A DNA stretch of 64,000 nucleotides from a bacterium (GTDB lineage Bacteria; UBA8248; JACPRG01; G963555815), in NCBI GenBank assembly GCA_965218795.1, contig OZ244653.1:832001-896000 (forward strand), written 5' to 3'. Below, piece after piece: positions 36,688-48,728 of this stretch (positions are counted from its first letter, which is position 1; each line of letters begins with the position of its first letter). Position numbers and translations under genes: made by a program. The notes under the pieces were generated by a model. The model saw nothing but the letters and a program-made list of their open reading frames with translations. It was not told where the DNA came from and made no database searches.

Positions 36688-37104
36688 CTAGGCAACCTCC
36701 ATGGCCCGATCCTTGGCGATTCGGTCCAGAATGCCGTTGACGAACGCACCGGAGGACTCCGTCCCATAACGCCGGGCGATGTCGACAGCTTCGTTGATCG
36801 CGACCTTCGGCGGGATCTCTTCGATATAAAGCAGCTCGCACGCAGCCAGCCGAAGCACGTTTCGATCGATGAAGCTCATCCGGCCGAGGGTCCAGTGCTC
36901 GGAGGTGCGGGCGATCACGGTATCCAGCGTCGTCCGTTCCTCCCTGCAGGCCAGCACCAGCCGCCGGGCATACTCCCGGATCTCTTCCGATAATTCCTCC
37001 CTCTCCGCAAGCTCGGTCAGGGACTCGTCCTGATCATTTCCGGACATGTCGAGGCTGTAGAGAATCCTCAATGCCTCTTCTCGCGCCGCCCTGCGAATTC
37101 CCAT
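36688..37104 (-). CDS. nusB: transcription antitermination factor NusB
   Basis: RRAAREEAL, WTLGRMSFIDRNVLRL, VAINEAV, FVNGILD. ATG 37104. Confidence 0.97.
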   Translation of the reverse strand: MGIRRAAREEALRILYSLDMSGNDQDESLTELAEREELSEEIREYARRLVLACREERTTLDTVIARTSEHWTLGRMSFIDRNVLRLAACELLYIEEIPPKVAINEAVDIARRYGTESSGAFVNGILDRIAKDRAMEVA

Positions 37105-37129
37105 CGTGATGCCCTTGAGCCCACTCCGT

Positions 37130-37609
37130 TCACTTCTTTCGTGGAGGAAGGCTCTTGAAAAGGTTGGCCATCTCAATCGCCGACAGGGCCGCCTCGGACC
37201 CCTTGTTTCCCTGTTTGGTCCCGGCCCGCTCAATGGCCTGTTCGATGGTGTCGGTGGTCAGCACCCCGAATGATACCGGCAAGTCGAATTCGAGGGCGAC
37301 GCTTGCGATTCCCTTCGTCACCTCCGAAGCGATGTAATCGAAATGAGGCGTCGAGCCCCGGATGACGGCCCCGAGACCCATCAGGGCATCGTACCTTCGG
37401 GACTGCGCCAGACGCCGAACCGTAACGGGTATCTCGAACGTCCCCGGAACCCGGAAAACCTCCATATCCGCGTCGCGCGCGCCGCAGCGGGCCAGGCTGT
37501 CGATCGCCCCCTCCAGGAGGCGGTCAGTCACAAAGTGATTGAATCGGCTCACGACGATCCCGAACTTCAGACCGGCGGCGCTCAGATTCCCTTCAACGGT
37601 TTTCGGCAT
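37130..37609 (-). CDS. ribH: 6,7-dimethyl-8-ribityllumazine synthase
   Basis: [38 protein letters not shown]. Confidence 0.98.
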   Translation of the reverse strand: MPKTVEGNLSAAGLKFGIVVSRFNHFVTDRLLEGAIDSLARCGARDADMEVFRVPGTFEIPVTVRRLAQSRRYDALMGLGAVIRGSTPHFDYIASEVTKGIASVALEFDLPVSFGVLTTDTIEQAIERAGTKQGNKGSEAALSAIEMANLFKSLPPRKK

Positions 37610-37661
37610 GGAGACTTCCTTTCATGTCGCGTATCCGGACGTATTCGGGACGGCCCGCCGC

Positions 37662-38897
37662 TCAAAGGTTGCCGAGCATGTGCCCCAATTTTTTCTTCTT
37701 GGTCTCCAGATAGCGAAGGTTTTCTTCCCGGGGCTTGACCTCGAGGGGCACCCGGTCCAGGACGGTCAGCCCGTATCCTTCCAGGCCAACAATCTTTCTC
37801 GGATTGTTGGTCATCAGTCTCATCTTCTTGATGCCCAAATCCGCCAGGACCTGCGCACCCAGGCCGTAGTCTCTCAAATCGGCCTTGAAGCCGAGCGCCT
37901 CGTTCGCCTGAACCGTGTCCATTCCTTCATCCTGGAGGGCGTATGCCTTGAGCTTGTTGACGATGCCGATCCCGCGCCCCTCCTGGGTGACGTAGAGGAG
38001 GATGCCCTTCCCTTCTTCGTTGATCTTGCGGAGGGCCGCTTCCAGCTGCGAACCGCAATCGCACCGGAAGGAACCGAATACGTCCCCGGTGAGGCATTGT
38101 GAGTGAACCCGGACCAGAACCCCCTCGTCCGGGCTCGGTTCTCCCAGAACGAGCGCCAAGTAGATTTCTCCGCCGATGGTCCCCCGATAGGTGACGCATC
38201 GAAACTTTCCGTACAGCGTCGGCAGATGGGTCTCGGTGAGGCGCTCGATCAGCGACTCGCGGCGCATCCGGAATGCAACGAGGTCGCGGATGGTGACGAT
38301 CTTGAGGCCATGCTCTCTTGCGGTCTGCTCCAGTTCCGGCCTCCGCGCCATCGATCCGTCCGGGCTCATGATCTCGCAGATCACGCCGGCCGGCTTCAGG
38401 CCGGCAAGCCGTGACAGGTCCACGGAGCCCTCGGTCTGTCCCGCCCGGACCAACACACCCCCGTCCTTAGCCCGAAGGGGGAAAATGTGACCGGGACGCG
38501 CCAAGTCGAACGGCCGGGTTTCCGGATCGACCATTTGCAGAATGGTCTCCGCGCGGTCTGATGCGGAGATCCCGGTGGTCGTATTGCGCTTGGCGTCCAC
38601 CGAAACGGTGAAGGCTGTTCCCAAGGACGCGGTGTTGTCCGTGACCATCGGCGGGAGGTCCAGTTCATCCGCGCGCTCGTTGGTCAGAGACACGCAGATC
38701 AGTCCACGGCCGTGAACGGCCATGAAATTGATGGCCTCCGGGGTGACCGCCTCGGCCGCCATGGTCAGATCGCCTTCATTTTCGCGATCCTCGTCATCCA
38801 CGAGGATGACCATCCGGCCCTCCCGGATCTCGAGGATCGCCTCCTCTATTGTTGCGAATTCATTGGTCTCGGTGGGTTCAGGCATATCCTTGCTCAC
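37662..38897 (-). CDS. ribBA: bifunctional DHBP synthase / GTP cyclohydrolase II
   Basis: [52 protein letters not shown]. Confidence 0.98.
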   Translation of the reverse strand: MSKDMPEPTETNEFATIEEAILEIREGRMVILVDDEDRENEGDLTMAAEAVTPEAINFMAVHGRGLICVSLTNERADELDLPPMVTDNTASLGTAFTVSVDAKRNTTTGISASDRAETILQMVDPETRPFDLARPGHIFPLRAKDGGVLVRAGQTEGSVDLSRLAGLKPAGVICEIMSPDGSMARRPELEQTAREHGLKIVTIRDLVAFRMRRESLIERLTETHLPTLYGKFRCVTYRGTIGGEIYLALVLGEPSPDEGVLVRVHSQCLTGDVFGSFRCDCGSQLEAALRKINEEGKGILLYVTQEGRGIGIVNKLKAYALQDEGMDTVQANEALGFKADLRDYGLGAQVLADLGIKKMRLMTNNPRKIVGLEGYGLTVLDRVPLEVKPREENLRYLETKKKKLGHMLGNL

Positions 38898-39525
38898 TCA
38901 GAAATTCTTTCGTGATCCCGCTCTGTGCGGCGATTTTGTAATCCATGAGCAGGCGCTCGACATACTTCCCGATGAGGTCCGCCTCCAGATTGACCGGGTC
39001 TCCCGGTTTTTTGGTCAACAGGGTCGTTTTCCGGGCCGTGTGGGGGATGATGGCCACCTCGAATCCTCCCTCCTTCCGGGCGGCAACGGTCAGGCTGATA
39101 CCGTCGATCGCGACAGAACCCTTCGAGACAATGTACCGCATGACTTCCTCCGGCGCCTCAATGGTGACCATCTCTGACTCGCCTTCCGGCTTCCGCCGCG
39201 CCAAGCGCCCGACGCCATCAACGTGTCCGGTCACCATGTGACCGCCCAGGCGGTCGCCCAGCCTCATCGATAGCTCGAGGTTGACCGCATCTCCCTGTTT
39301 CAACCCGCCCAGGTTGGTCTTCCGCAAAGACTCCGGACTCACGTCGACTTCAAAACCCTCTCCGGTTCCGGCCACCTTGGTGAGGCACGCTCCGTTGACC
39401 GCCACGCTGTCCCCCTCGCCGAGCTCGACGGCCGGGCCGGGGGCCAGGAGGGCCAGACGAGATCCGTCCGGTGTGGTGCGGACCGACTGCACGGTTCCGA
39501 TGTGTTCAATGATCCCGGTAAACAC
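38878..39525 (-). CDS. ribE: riboflavin synthase alpha chain
   Basis: MFTGII N-terminus, [38 protein letters not shown]. Confidence 0.98.
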   Translation of the reverse strand: MFTGIIEHIGTVQSVRTTPDGSRLALLAPGPAVELGEGDSVAVNGACLTKVAGTGEGFEVDVSPESLRKTNLGGLKQGDAVNLELSMRLGDRLGGHMVTGHVDGVGRLARRKPEGESEMVTIEAPEEVMRYIVSKGSVAIDGISLTVAARKEGGFEVAIIPHTARKTTLLTKKPGDPVNLEADLIGKYVERLLMDYKIAAQSGITKEFLSEQGYA

Positions 39526-39549
39526 GTCCCAGCCTTTCGCGTGCCGACA

Positions 39550-40701
39550 TCATTCCCCCGATGCGCTGGCAGCTTTCTTTCTGGGTTCGATGTATCCTTC
39601 CACCAAGAGATCCGGACCCACCCGCCTCACATCCGCTTTCCTGAGGTCCCAGGCACCGCTCAACGTTGCCGCTCCCTTCCCTCTCAGCGGTCCCGGAGCA
39701 TTGTCTCCCCCGATCAGAAGGGGAGCGATATAAAAGGCAACCCGATCGACCAGCCCCTGCCGAAGGAAGGCGCCCGCGACCTCCCCCCCCCCCTCTACGA
39801 GAAGGGTCGTTACTTCCTGCTTCGCCAGACGGGCGAGCAGAGAGCGCAGAGACACACGTCCCTTTCTGGAAGGGAGAATCCAGACCTCCGCGCCTTGGTT
39901 CCTCAGCGTCCGGATTCGACGCTCAGGGGCAACCTTTGTCGTCGCGACGATTATACTCGTCGATGACGAACGATTCAACGCCTTTGCGTTCAATGGGATT
40001 CGGAGCCTGCTATCGACAATCACGCGAAGTGGATCGCGTCCGTTGCGGCCGCTGGGGCGAGCCGTCAGCTGGGGGTCATCACCCAGGACCGTACCAATCC
40101 CCGTGAGGATGGCGTCCACCCGATCTCTGAGGTCATGCGCGTGCGCCCGCGATTCCTTCGATGAAATCCACCGTGAATCTCCTGATTCAGCGGCAATCTT
40201 GCCGTCCAGGCTGACCGCAGACTTCAGAATCACCCAAGGCCGTCCTTTGCCGACTCTCGTGCAAAAGGCCTCGTTCAATCGCCTGGCCTGGGCCCCGAGG
40301 AGACCGCTTTCGACCCTGATTCCGCTCCTTCGGAGGGACTGAAATCCGCGGCCTCCGACCTTTGGGTTGGGATCCCGCATGGCGGCGACCACCCGTGTGA
40401 CCCCGGACTGAATCAATGCGTCCGTACAGGGAGGCATGCGGCCATGATAACAGCAAGGCTCCAGCGTCACGTACAAGGAAGCGCCTCCGGCCTTCGCGCC
40501 GGCTTCCCGAAGCGCCACGATTTCGGCGTGAGGCCCGCCTGCCCGCTTGTGACAGCCGCGGCCGACAATTCGCCCCTCTCTGACCAGGACGGCGCCCACC
40601 ATGGGATTGGGGTGTGTTCGCCACCCCGGGCGCGCCGCCAAATCCAGGGCCGAATTCATATAGGCGATATCGTCCTGAGTCCATCGGCCCATTCCGGCCA
40701 T
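39550..40701 (-). CDS. ribD: bifunctional riboflavin deaminase/reductase
   Basis: PNPMVG, HAEIVAL, TLEPCC...PPC, SLDGKIA, DDPQLT, VEGG. Confidence 0.98.
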   Translation of the reverse strand: MAGMGRWTQDDIAYMNSALDLAARPGWRTHPNPMVGAVLVREGRIVGRGCHKRAGGPHAEIVALREAGAKAGGASLYVTLEPCCYHGRMPPCTDALIQSGVTRVVAAMRDPNPKVGGRGFQSLRRSGIRVESGLLGAQARRLNEAFCTRVGKGRPWVILKSAVSLDGKIAAESGDSRWISSKESRAHAHDLRDRVDAILTGIGTVLGDDPQLTARPSGRNGRDPLRVIVDSRLRIPLNAKALNRSSSTSIIVATTKVAPERRIRTLRNQGAEVWILPSRKGRVSLRSLLARLAKQEVTTLLVEGGGEVAGAFLRQGLVDRVAFYIAPLLIGGDNAPGPLRGKGAATLSGAWDLRKADVRRVGPDLLVEGYIEPRKKAASASGE

Positions 40702-40771
40702 TCCTCGAGGTTGAACCGTTTACCAACCCGAACGCCCCGAACCGGCAAAACGAACAGGAGGGAGACACTTT

Positions 40772-40800
40772 TACATAGTTCCTTGAAATAACGAACTCAA
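40772..40800 (-). promoter_or_regulatory. putative promoter of the rib operon
   Basis: TTGAGT-N17-TATGTA in an AT-rich patch about 70 nt upstream of ribD; overlapped by the inverted repeat CTTGA-N10-TCAAG. Confidence 0.4.
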
Positions 40801-41041
40801 GAGAAAGGGAGGCGCGCCTCGAAAACGGGACGGACGCTCGATGGGAAGAAGCTTCACCGGAGAGGAAGGCCCTTATCCAAAGGGAGAATCGGAGGTTATG
40901 GCAATCCTTTCCAAGGGAGGAGAGCAGGCCACGGCCGGCTGCGGTTTCGCCGGGCACAACGGCTCATCACGCTCCGTATCCTCATGCGGCCCGGCTGCGG
41001 GGCCCGATGGTCGCCGCGAAATCGCGGAGGCACGCTGCCTC

Positions 41042-43705
41042 TCACTCTTTCGCCCTCCCCTTACCGTTCTGGACACCTCCTTCGGGGTTTTTCAACTGCG
41101 CCCGGGCCGCCGACAGCCTGGCGATGGAAACACGGTAGGGAGAGCAGCTCACATAATCCAGCTTGGCGTTATAGAAAAACTCGACGGACGAGGGTTCGCC
41201 GCCGTGCTCGCCGCAGATGCCGATCTTGAGGTCCGGTCGGGCCGACCGCCCTCGCTCGACACCCATCTCGACCATGCCTCCGACGCCTACCGGGTCGATG
41301 GCCACGAACGGATCGCCCGCCAGAATCTCCCGCTCGACGTATCCCGGCAGAAAGCTGCCCGCATCGTCCCGGCTCAGGCCGTACACGGTCTGGGTGAGAT
41401 CGTTCGTCCCGAAAGAAAAGAATTCAGCGCGCTTGGCGATGGCATCGGCCACAATGCAGGCGCGCGGAAGCTCGACCATCGTACCGATGGTGTACTCGAC
41501 CTCCATACCCTGCGCCTGAAAGACCTTTTGGGCAGCCCGCTCGATCATTCCGGCGCATTCCTCCAGTTCAGACGCCTCGGCAACCAGAGGGACCATGATC
41601 TCCGGGACAGCCTTTTCCCCCTTTTTCTCCACCAGGCAGGCGGCCGTCAGGATCGCCTCGGCCTGCATCTCATAGACCTCGGGGAAGGAAATCCCGAGCC
41701 GGCACCCCCGGTGCCCAAGCATGGGATTGAACTCATGGTGCCTGTCCGTAATAGCCCGGATTTGCTCCAGAGAGAACTTTGTATCCTCGGCCACGGCCTT
41801 CATATCCTCTTCGGTCTTGGGGAGGAACTCGTGCAGGGGGGGGTCCAGCAGACGGATGGTCACCGGCAGACCGTCCATGACTTCGAAAATTTCTTCGAGA
41901 TCGGACACCTGCATCGGGAGGATCTTCGCCAGCGCACCCCGGCGCTCCTCATCCGTCCGGGCAAGAATCATCTCCCGGACGGCGTTGATCCGATCCCCTT
42001 CGAAGAACATGTGCTCCGTGCGGCAGAGGCCAATGCCCTCGGCTCCGTTTTCGCGTGACACCTTCGCGTCATGCGGCGTGTCGGCGTTCGCCCAGACTCC
42101 AAGCTTCCGAACCACGTCGGCCCATTCCAGCACCTTCGCGAATTCGCCCCCCAGCTTCGGTTCGACCAGCGGCGTTTCACCGAGAATGACCTCTCCCGTG
42201 GACCCGTTCAGCGTCAGGACGTCGCCTTCCTTCACCTCGACGGCTCCGTTCGTAAATTTCTTCCCGGCTTCGTCGACCGTGATCTCCTCGCACCCGACCA
42301 CGCAGCATTTCCCCATTCCCCGGGCGACCACCGCTGCATGGGAGGTCAACCCGCCACGGGAGGTCAGGATGGCCTCCGACGCGTGCATCCCGCCGATATC
42401 CTCCGGAGAGGTTTCCGTCCGGACGAGGATGACCTTCTCGTTTTGAGCCGCCATCTCCTCGGCCCGTTTGGCCGAAAAGGCCGCCCGGCCGACCGCGGCG
42501 CCGGGGGAGCCCGCCAGTCCCTTGGCGATGCTCTCAACCGATGCGTCCGGATCGATCCCAGGGTGGAGCAACTGCTCCATCTGGTTCGGGTCCAGACGCA
42601 AAAGGGCCTCGTCCCTGCCAATCAAGCCTTCGTCCACCATTTCGACGGCGATCCGGACGGCGGCGTTGGCCGTGCGCTTACCCGCGCGAGTTTGCAGCAT
42701 GTAAAGGTCGCCGTCCTGAATGGTGAACTCGATGTCCTGCATATCACGATAGTGCGACTCCAGCGTCTGATAAATATTTTCCAGCTGGCCATAGGGTTCG
42801 GGCATTTTCTCCGCCAGCCGCTCAATGGGCTCCGGGGTGCGGATTCCCGCGACCACGTCTTCCCCCTGGGCGTTGGCGAGGAATTCCCCGAAAAACTTTC
42901 GTTCTCCCGTCGAAGGATCCCGGGTGAAGGCGACGCCCGTCGCGGAGGTCGGGCCCAGGTTGCCGAACACCATGGTCTGGACGTTCACGGCCGTGCCCCA
43001 ATCATCCGGAATATCTTCGAATCGCCGGTAGGTGAAGGCGCGTTCCGAGTTCCAGGAGTCAAAGACGGCGTTGATGGCCAGTCGCAGCTGCGCGACAGGG
43101 ATCTGCGGGAAATCCTCACCTGTCGCTTTCCGGATGATCCCTTTGAATTCCTCCGTGAGCGCCTTGAGCCCATCGACGCTGATATCGGTATCCAGCTCGA
43201 CGCCTTCCTTCTCCTTGAGCGCCTCCAGGCGTTTTTCGAATCTGGAGAAATCGATTCCGAGCACAACGTCTCCGAACATGGTGAGGAACCGCCTGAAACT
43301 GTCGTAGGCGAAGCGCTCATTGTCCGACCGGGCCGCCAGGGCTCGAACGCTTTCATCGTTCAGGCCGAGGTTGAGGACGGTGTCCATCATCCCGGGCATG
43401 GACGTGCGCGCGCCCGACCGGACGGATACCAGCAGAGGGTTCTCCACGCTGCCGAGCTTGGCGCCCATAACGTCCTCCAGGCCGGCCAGATGCTCGACGA
43501 CCTCTTCCCACATGCCTTCCGGATATCGGCCGCCATTCCGGAAATAGTAGACGCACGCCTCGGTGCTGATCGTAAAACCCGGCGGGACGGGAATATCCAG
43601 GCTGGACATCTCGGCCAGATTGGCCCCCTTTCCGCCGAGAAGATTTCGCATCTCCGCGCTGCCTTCCGTTCTTCCCTTGCCGAAGGAATATACGTATTTG
43701 GCCAT
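41042..43705 (-). CDS. ppdK: pyruvate, phosphate dikinase
   Basis: LLGGKGANLAEM, SVRSGA, GGLTSHAAVVARG (catalytic His), GLCRTEHMFF, FSFGTNDL, GICGEHGG. Confidence 0.99.
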   Translation of the reverse strand: MAKYVYSFGKGRTEGSAEMRNLLGGKGANLAEMSSLDIPVPPGFTISTEACVYYFRNGGRYPEGMWEEVVEHLAGLEDVMGAKLGSVENPLLVSVRSGARTSMPGMMDTVLNLGLNDESVRALAARSDNERFAYDSFRRFLTMFGDVVLGIDFSRFEKRLEALKEKEGVELDTDISVDGLKALTEEFKGIIRKATGEDFPQIPVAQLRLAINAVFDSWNSERAFTYRRFEDIPDDWGTAVNVQTMVFGNLGPTSATGVAFTRDPSTGERKFFGEFLANAQGEDVVAGIRTPEPIERLAEKMPEPYGQLENIYQTLESHYRDMQDIEFTIQDGDLYMLQTRAGKRTANAAVRIAVEMVDEGLIGRDEALLRLDPNQMEQLLHPGIDPDASVESIAKGLAGSPGAAVGRAAFSAKRAEEMAAQNEKVILVRTETSPEDIGGMHASEAILTSRGGLTSHAAVVARGMGKCCVVGCEEITVDEAGKKFTNGAVEVKEGDVLTLNGSTGEVILGETPLVEPKLGGEFAKVLEWADVVRKLGVWANADTPHDAKVSRENGAEGIGLCRTEHMFFEGDRINAVREMILARTDEERRGALAKILPMQVSDLEEIFEVMDGLPVTIRLLDPPLHEFLPKTEEDMKAVAEDTKFSLEQIRAITDRHHEFNPMLGHRGCRLGISFPEVYEMQAEAILTAACLVEKKGEKAVPEIMVPLVAEASELEECAGMIERAAQKVFQAQGMEVEYTIGTMVELPRACIVADAIAKRAEFFSFGTNDLTQTVYGLSRDDAGSFLPGYVEREILAGDPFVAIDPVGVGGMVEMGVERGRSARPDLKIGICGEHGGEPSSVEFFYNAKLDYVSCSPYRVSIARLSAARAQLKNPEGGVQNGKGRAKE

Positions 43706-43908
43706 TTTGCTCGTTCGCTCCTATACAGAACCGGCCGAACCAGCGAGAGCACTGACACAGCGGGTGAATATCAATACTTTTTTCCAATCTCGTTTGATAC
43801 CTTCAACACGTAAACCACTCATTCATAGCAGAACATCGAACACCTTTGGATCAAGCCTGACCCACTTGCGGGAACAGAAACGGAAGGTCGGAGGCAGGTC
43901 CGAATCCC

Positions 43909-45990
43909 TCAATGGGGGACGATCTTTGTGAAATCCGCTATTCGCGCGAACAGAAGACCGATTGCGGAAAGCAACCCCAGCCGATTGTTTCTCAGCGTTT
44001 CATCCTTGTCCATGACAAGCACGTCGTCGAAAAACCGATCAACGGCCGGACGCAAGCCGGCGATTTCGCACAAGGCTGCCGCATAGTCTTCTCTTTCCAG
44101 TAGTTTCGAGATGTTCTCGGCTCTTTCAGAGTAAATCGCGTATAGCGATTGTTCGGCCTCTTCCTTGAGATATTTGGATTCAACAGTGGGTACTTCGCCG
44201 CCCGGAATGATGTTCATCACACGTTTGAAGGTTGTCGTCAAAGGTTCGAAATCGGCATCGGTCGATATCGCCGCCAAGGCGTCCAGCCGGTTTCGGATGT
44301 CCACCACGTCCCGCCGCCCGGAGCGCGCTTGGAGGACAGACCGGACGAGATCCACCCGGTACCCCTCCGCAAGAAGGAGATTCTCAAGCCGGGACGCGAG
44401 GAATTCCCAGGATTTTTCGGCCAGAGCAGCGGGGTCGCTCTGATTCAATTGATCTGCCAGGGGCTCGGCCGCGGCCTGAATCAGCTCGCCCATGTCGATC
44501 CGGGAGCCGCGCTCCGACAGGGTTCCCAATACTCCGCGGGCGGCCCTTCGGAGCCCGTAAGGATCCTCGGAGCCGGACGGCAGGGTCCCCAGGCCCGCGT
44601 ACCCGACGATCGTATCCAGCTTGTCCGCAATGGCGACGAAGGAGGCCGGGCCCGCCGAGGGGTATCCGTCCTCGGCGCCCCTGGGTTTGTAATGCTCATC
44701 GATCGCGCGGCAGACCTCTTCCTCCTCTCCCCCCTTGAGGGCGTATTCCCTGCCCATGATCCCCTGCAGCTCGGGAAATTCATAGACCATCCGGGTTTCC
44801 AGGTCGGCCTTGCAGAGCCAGGCGGCCCGAACGGTCGATTTCGAGGCTTCCGGCTCAAGCCGATCGGCCAGCCATTGACTCAGCCGGACAACCCTCTCGA
44901 CCTTCTCGAAGGAAGTACCCAAATCCTTTTGAAAAATAACGCCTTTTAATGACTCGACATAATCCTCCAAGGGACGCTTCAGGTCCTCCCGGTAGAAGTA
45001 ATCGGCATCGGCGAGACGGGCCCTGAGGACCCGCTCATTCCCGGCGCGGATGGCGTCCGGTTCGTCGGCCCGGGTATTGCTGACGGCTACAAAGTTCGGC
45101 AGGAGATTTCCCTTCTCATCCACGATGGAAAAATATCGCTGGTGATGCTTCATGGCGGTGATCAGCACTTCACGGGGCAGATTCAGATAATCGGCCTCGA
45201 TCCGACCCAGTACCGGGGTCGGATACTCGACCAGGCCGGCCACATCTTCCAGCAGCTCCCCATCCTCAAGGATTTCTCCCCCAGCTTCCCTTGCGACTGC
45301 CTGGCAAAGCTGGCTGATGAGGGCCATGCGCTCTTCGGGATCGACAATCACGAACCGATCACGGGCATCGTCGATAAAAGACTCCGCCCTTTTCACCTCG
45401 AAGTCCTCGGGGGCCATGAACCGGTGCCCGCGGGAATGAATTCCGCTGCGGATGCCGCCAACCTCGAAGGATATGAGGACGCCCCCGTAGAGGGCGACCA
45501 TCCAATGAATCGGCCGCGCAAAGCGAAAGTCGCCTTCTCCCCAGCGCATGGACTTGGGAAATCCCAGCCCGAAAATCAGGTCGGCAAGCAGGGAGGGCAG
45601 AATCTCTTCCGCCATTCCGCCTTCTTCTTTGCGCAGGGCGGCGACGTACTCTCCCTTCCCGGTCTCGACCGTGAGCAGGGATTCGACGTCCACTCCCTGC
45701 CCTTTCGCGAAGCCGACGGCGGCCTTCGTGGGTTTGCCCGCCTCATCAAAGGCCACGCGCTTGGCCGGGCCTATCACCTGCTCTTCCAGCGGTTCCTGCC
45801 GCTCCGCAACCCCATCGACGGCCAGGACAAGCCGGCGGGGCGTGCCGAGGGCGCATATCTCGCCGTGAGACAGCCGGGCCCCTGCGAGAGCCCCCTCCGC
45901 GAGCCTCCGAAGATCCTCAAAGGCGCGGGTGAAAAACCTCGAAGGGATTTCCTCAGTGCCGATTTCCAGGAAAAGCTCTTTGGGAGACAT
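43909..45990 (-). CDS. glyS: glycine--tRNA ligase beta subunit
   Basis: LEIGTEEIP, TPRRL, KSMRWG, VLRARLADA, EFPELQGIMG, DPYGLRR. Confidence 0.98.
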   Translation of the reverse strand: MSPKELFLEIGTEEIPSRFFTRAFEDLRRLAEGALAGARLSHGEICALGTPRRLVLAVDGVAERQEPLEEQVIGPAKRVAFDEAGKPTKAAVGFAKGQGVDVESLLTVETGKGEYVAALRKEEGGMAEEILPSLLADLIFGLGFPKSMRWGEGDFRFARPIHWMVALYGGVLISFEVGGIRSGIHSRGHRFMAPEDFEVKRAESFIDDARDRFVIVDPEERMALISQLCQAVAREAGGEILEDGELLEDVAGLVEYPTPVLGRIEADYLNLPREVLITAMKHHQRYFSIVDEKGNLLPNFVAVSNTRADEPDAIRAGNERVLRARLADADYFYREDLKRPLEDYVESLKGVIFQKDLGTSFEKVERVVRLSQWLADRLEPEASKSTVRAAWLCKADLETRMVYEFPELQGIMGREYALKGGEEEEVCRAIDEHYKPRGAEDGYPSAGPASFVAIADKLDTIVGYAGLGTLPSGSEDPYGLRRAARGVLGTLSERGSRIDMGELIQAAAEPLADQLNQSDPAALAEKSWEFLASRLENLLLAEGYRVDLVRSVLQARSGRRDVVDIRNRLDALAAISTDADFEPLTTTFKRVMNIIPGGEVPTVESKYLKEEAEQSLYAIYSERAENISKLLEREDYAAALCEIAGLRPAVDRFFDDVLVMDKDETLRNNRLGLLSAIGLLFARIADFTKIVPH

Positions 45991-46090
45991 CGTTATCCAA
46001 TGAATGGGCGCCCCTATCGGGAGACAGAATCCGAGACTACCCCCGAATCGGGCTCAGGCAAATGGTGCACGTGGAAACGAATGGAGCGGC

Positions 46091-47023
<933 letters not shown>

Positions 47024-47033
47024 TATCTTGGTC

Positions 47034-48677
47034 TCAGGATTTCGGCCGGCGGGCCCTGGTTCCGGCCAGCCGTTTCTTCTTCGGTTTCCGCGCGGATACG
47101 GCGGGCCTTCGATTCCCCTTGGCGAGCTTGTATTCGAAACTGTCCACCAGGGCCTCCCATGAGGCTTCGATGATGTTGGGGGAGACGCCGACCGTGCCCC
47201 ATCTGGAGTCGTGATCGCTCGATTCGATGAGGACCCGGGTCGTCGCTTGCGTTGCGGCCGACTCGTTCAGGATCCGGACCTTATAGTCAATCAGCTCGGT
47301 TTCCGACAGGCGGGGATAAAACTTTTCCAGGGCTTTTCGCAGCGCGTTGTTCAAGGCATCCACCGGCCCGTTGCCTTCGGATGCGGTGTGCTCCAGCCTT
47401 CCTTCAACGGCCACCTGGATTGTGGCTTCCGCACGTGCGGGCGAGACTTCGTCCAGCTTTTCGACCGTCACGCGGTATCCGACGAGGTCAAAGAACTTCT
47501 TCCGCTGCCCTTTGGCCTTTTTTATGAGGAGCTCGAAGGATCCCTCGGCGGCTTCGAACTGGTAGCCTTGATTTTCCAGGTCCTTCAGCTGTTTGACGAT
47601 CTCCATCGTCTCGGGATCCTGCGCATCCAGATCGATCCCGAACTCCTTCGCTTTGTAGACCACGTTGGCGCGCCCTGACAGGTCCGAAATCAGGACCCGA
47701 CGGTGATTGCCGACTTCCTCGGGCGGCAGATGCTCGTAGGTGTTCGGGTCGCGCAGGACGGCCTGGACGTGGACCCCGCCCTTGTGGGCGAAGGCGCTGT
47801 TGCCGACGAACGGCTGGTGCGTATCGGCTCTGCGATTGGCCAATTCGTCCACGAAGTGGGACACCTCACGCACCTTGCGCAACTGGGCGGAGGTCATGCA
47901 CCGGTAGCCCATCTTGAGCTGGAGGTCGGGAAGGACGGAGCTCAGGTTCGCGTTTCCGCAGCGCTCCCCGTACCCGTTGATGCAGCCCTGAACGTGAACG
48001 GCTCCCCGTTCGACAGCCGCCAGGGTATTGGCGACCGCCAGCTCGGAATCGTTGTGGGTATGAATGCCCAGCGCCGTCGATACGGTTTCTTTTGCGGCCT
48101 CAATCCCCGCGACAATCTGAGAAGGGAGCGCGCCCCCGTTGGTATCGCAAAGAACGATACAATCCGCCCCGCCGGCTTCCGCCGCGCGAATGGTCTTCAG
48201 GGCGTATTCGGGATTCCGCCGATAGCCGTCGAAGAAATGCTCGGCATCATAGACGACCTCATCGCAGCGCTTCTTCAGATAGCCGACCGAATCCTGGATC
48301 AATTTGAGGTTTTTCGACAAACTCGTGCGCAACGCCTTCTGAACATGGAAGTCCCACGACTTTCCGAAGATCGTGACGACGGGGGTTTCCGCCTTCAGGA
48401 GGGCGATGATATTGGGGTCCTTGCCCACCCTGTTGCCCGCCCGCCGCGTGCTGCCGAATGCGGCGATGCGGGCTTGGCGCAGCTTCAGCTTTTTGGCCGC
48501 GTCAAAGAAACCCATATCCTTGGGATTGGAGCCCGGCCAGCCCCCCTCAATGTAACCGATCCCCAGGGTGTCCAGCTTCTCCGCAATCCGGAGCTTGTCT
48601 TCGATGGAAAAAGCGATTTCCTCTCCCTGGGTCCCGTCCCGAAGGGTGCAGTCGTATATGGCGATCCGCTGGGTCAT
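47034..48677 (-). CDS. cimA: citramalate synthase
   Basis: [51 protein letters not shown], LeuA-type regulatory C-terminus; follows lysC. Confidence 0.93.
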   Translation of the reverse strand: MTQRIAIYDCTLRDGTQGEEIAFSIEDKLRIAEKLDTLGIGYIEGGWPGSNPKDMGFFDAAKKLKLRQARIAAFGSTRRAGNRVGKDPNIIALLKAETPVVTIFGKSWDFHVQKALRTSLSKNLKLIQDSVGYLKKRCDEVVYDAEHFFDGYRRNPEYALKTIRAAEAGGADCIVLCDTNGGALPSQIVAGIEAAKETVSTALGIHTHNDSELAVANTLAAVERGAVHVQGCINGYGERCGNANLSSVLPDLQLKMGYRCMTSAQLRKVREVSHFVDELANRRADTHQPFVGNSAFAHKGGVHVQAVLRDPNTYEHLPPEEVGNHRRVLISDLSGRANVVYKAKEFGIDLDAQDPETMEIVKQLKDLENQGYQFEAAEGSFELLIKKAKGQRKKFFDLVGYRVTVEKLDEVSPARAEATIQVAVEGRLEHTASEGNGPVDALNNALRKALEKFYPRLSETELIDYKVRILNESAATQATTRVLIESSDHDSRWGTVGVSPNIIEASWEALVDSFEYKLAKGNRRPAVSARKPKKKRLAGTRARRPKS

Positions 48678-48728
48678 TGTTCATCCCTGTCGAGCCGGAC
48701 TGTCTGCGGACGGCACGGCGAAATTTCC

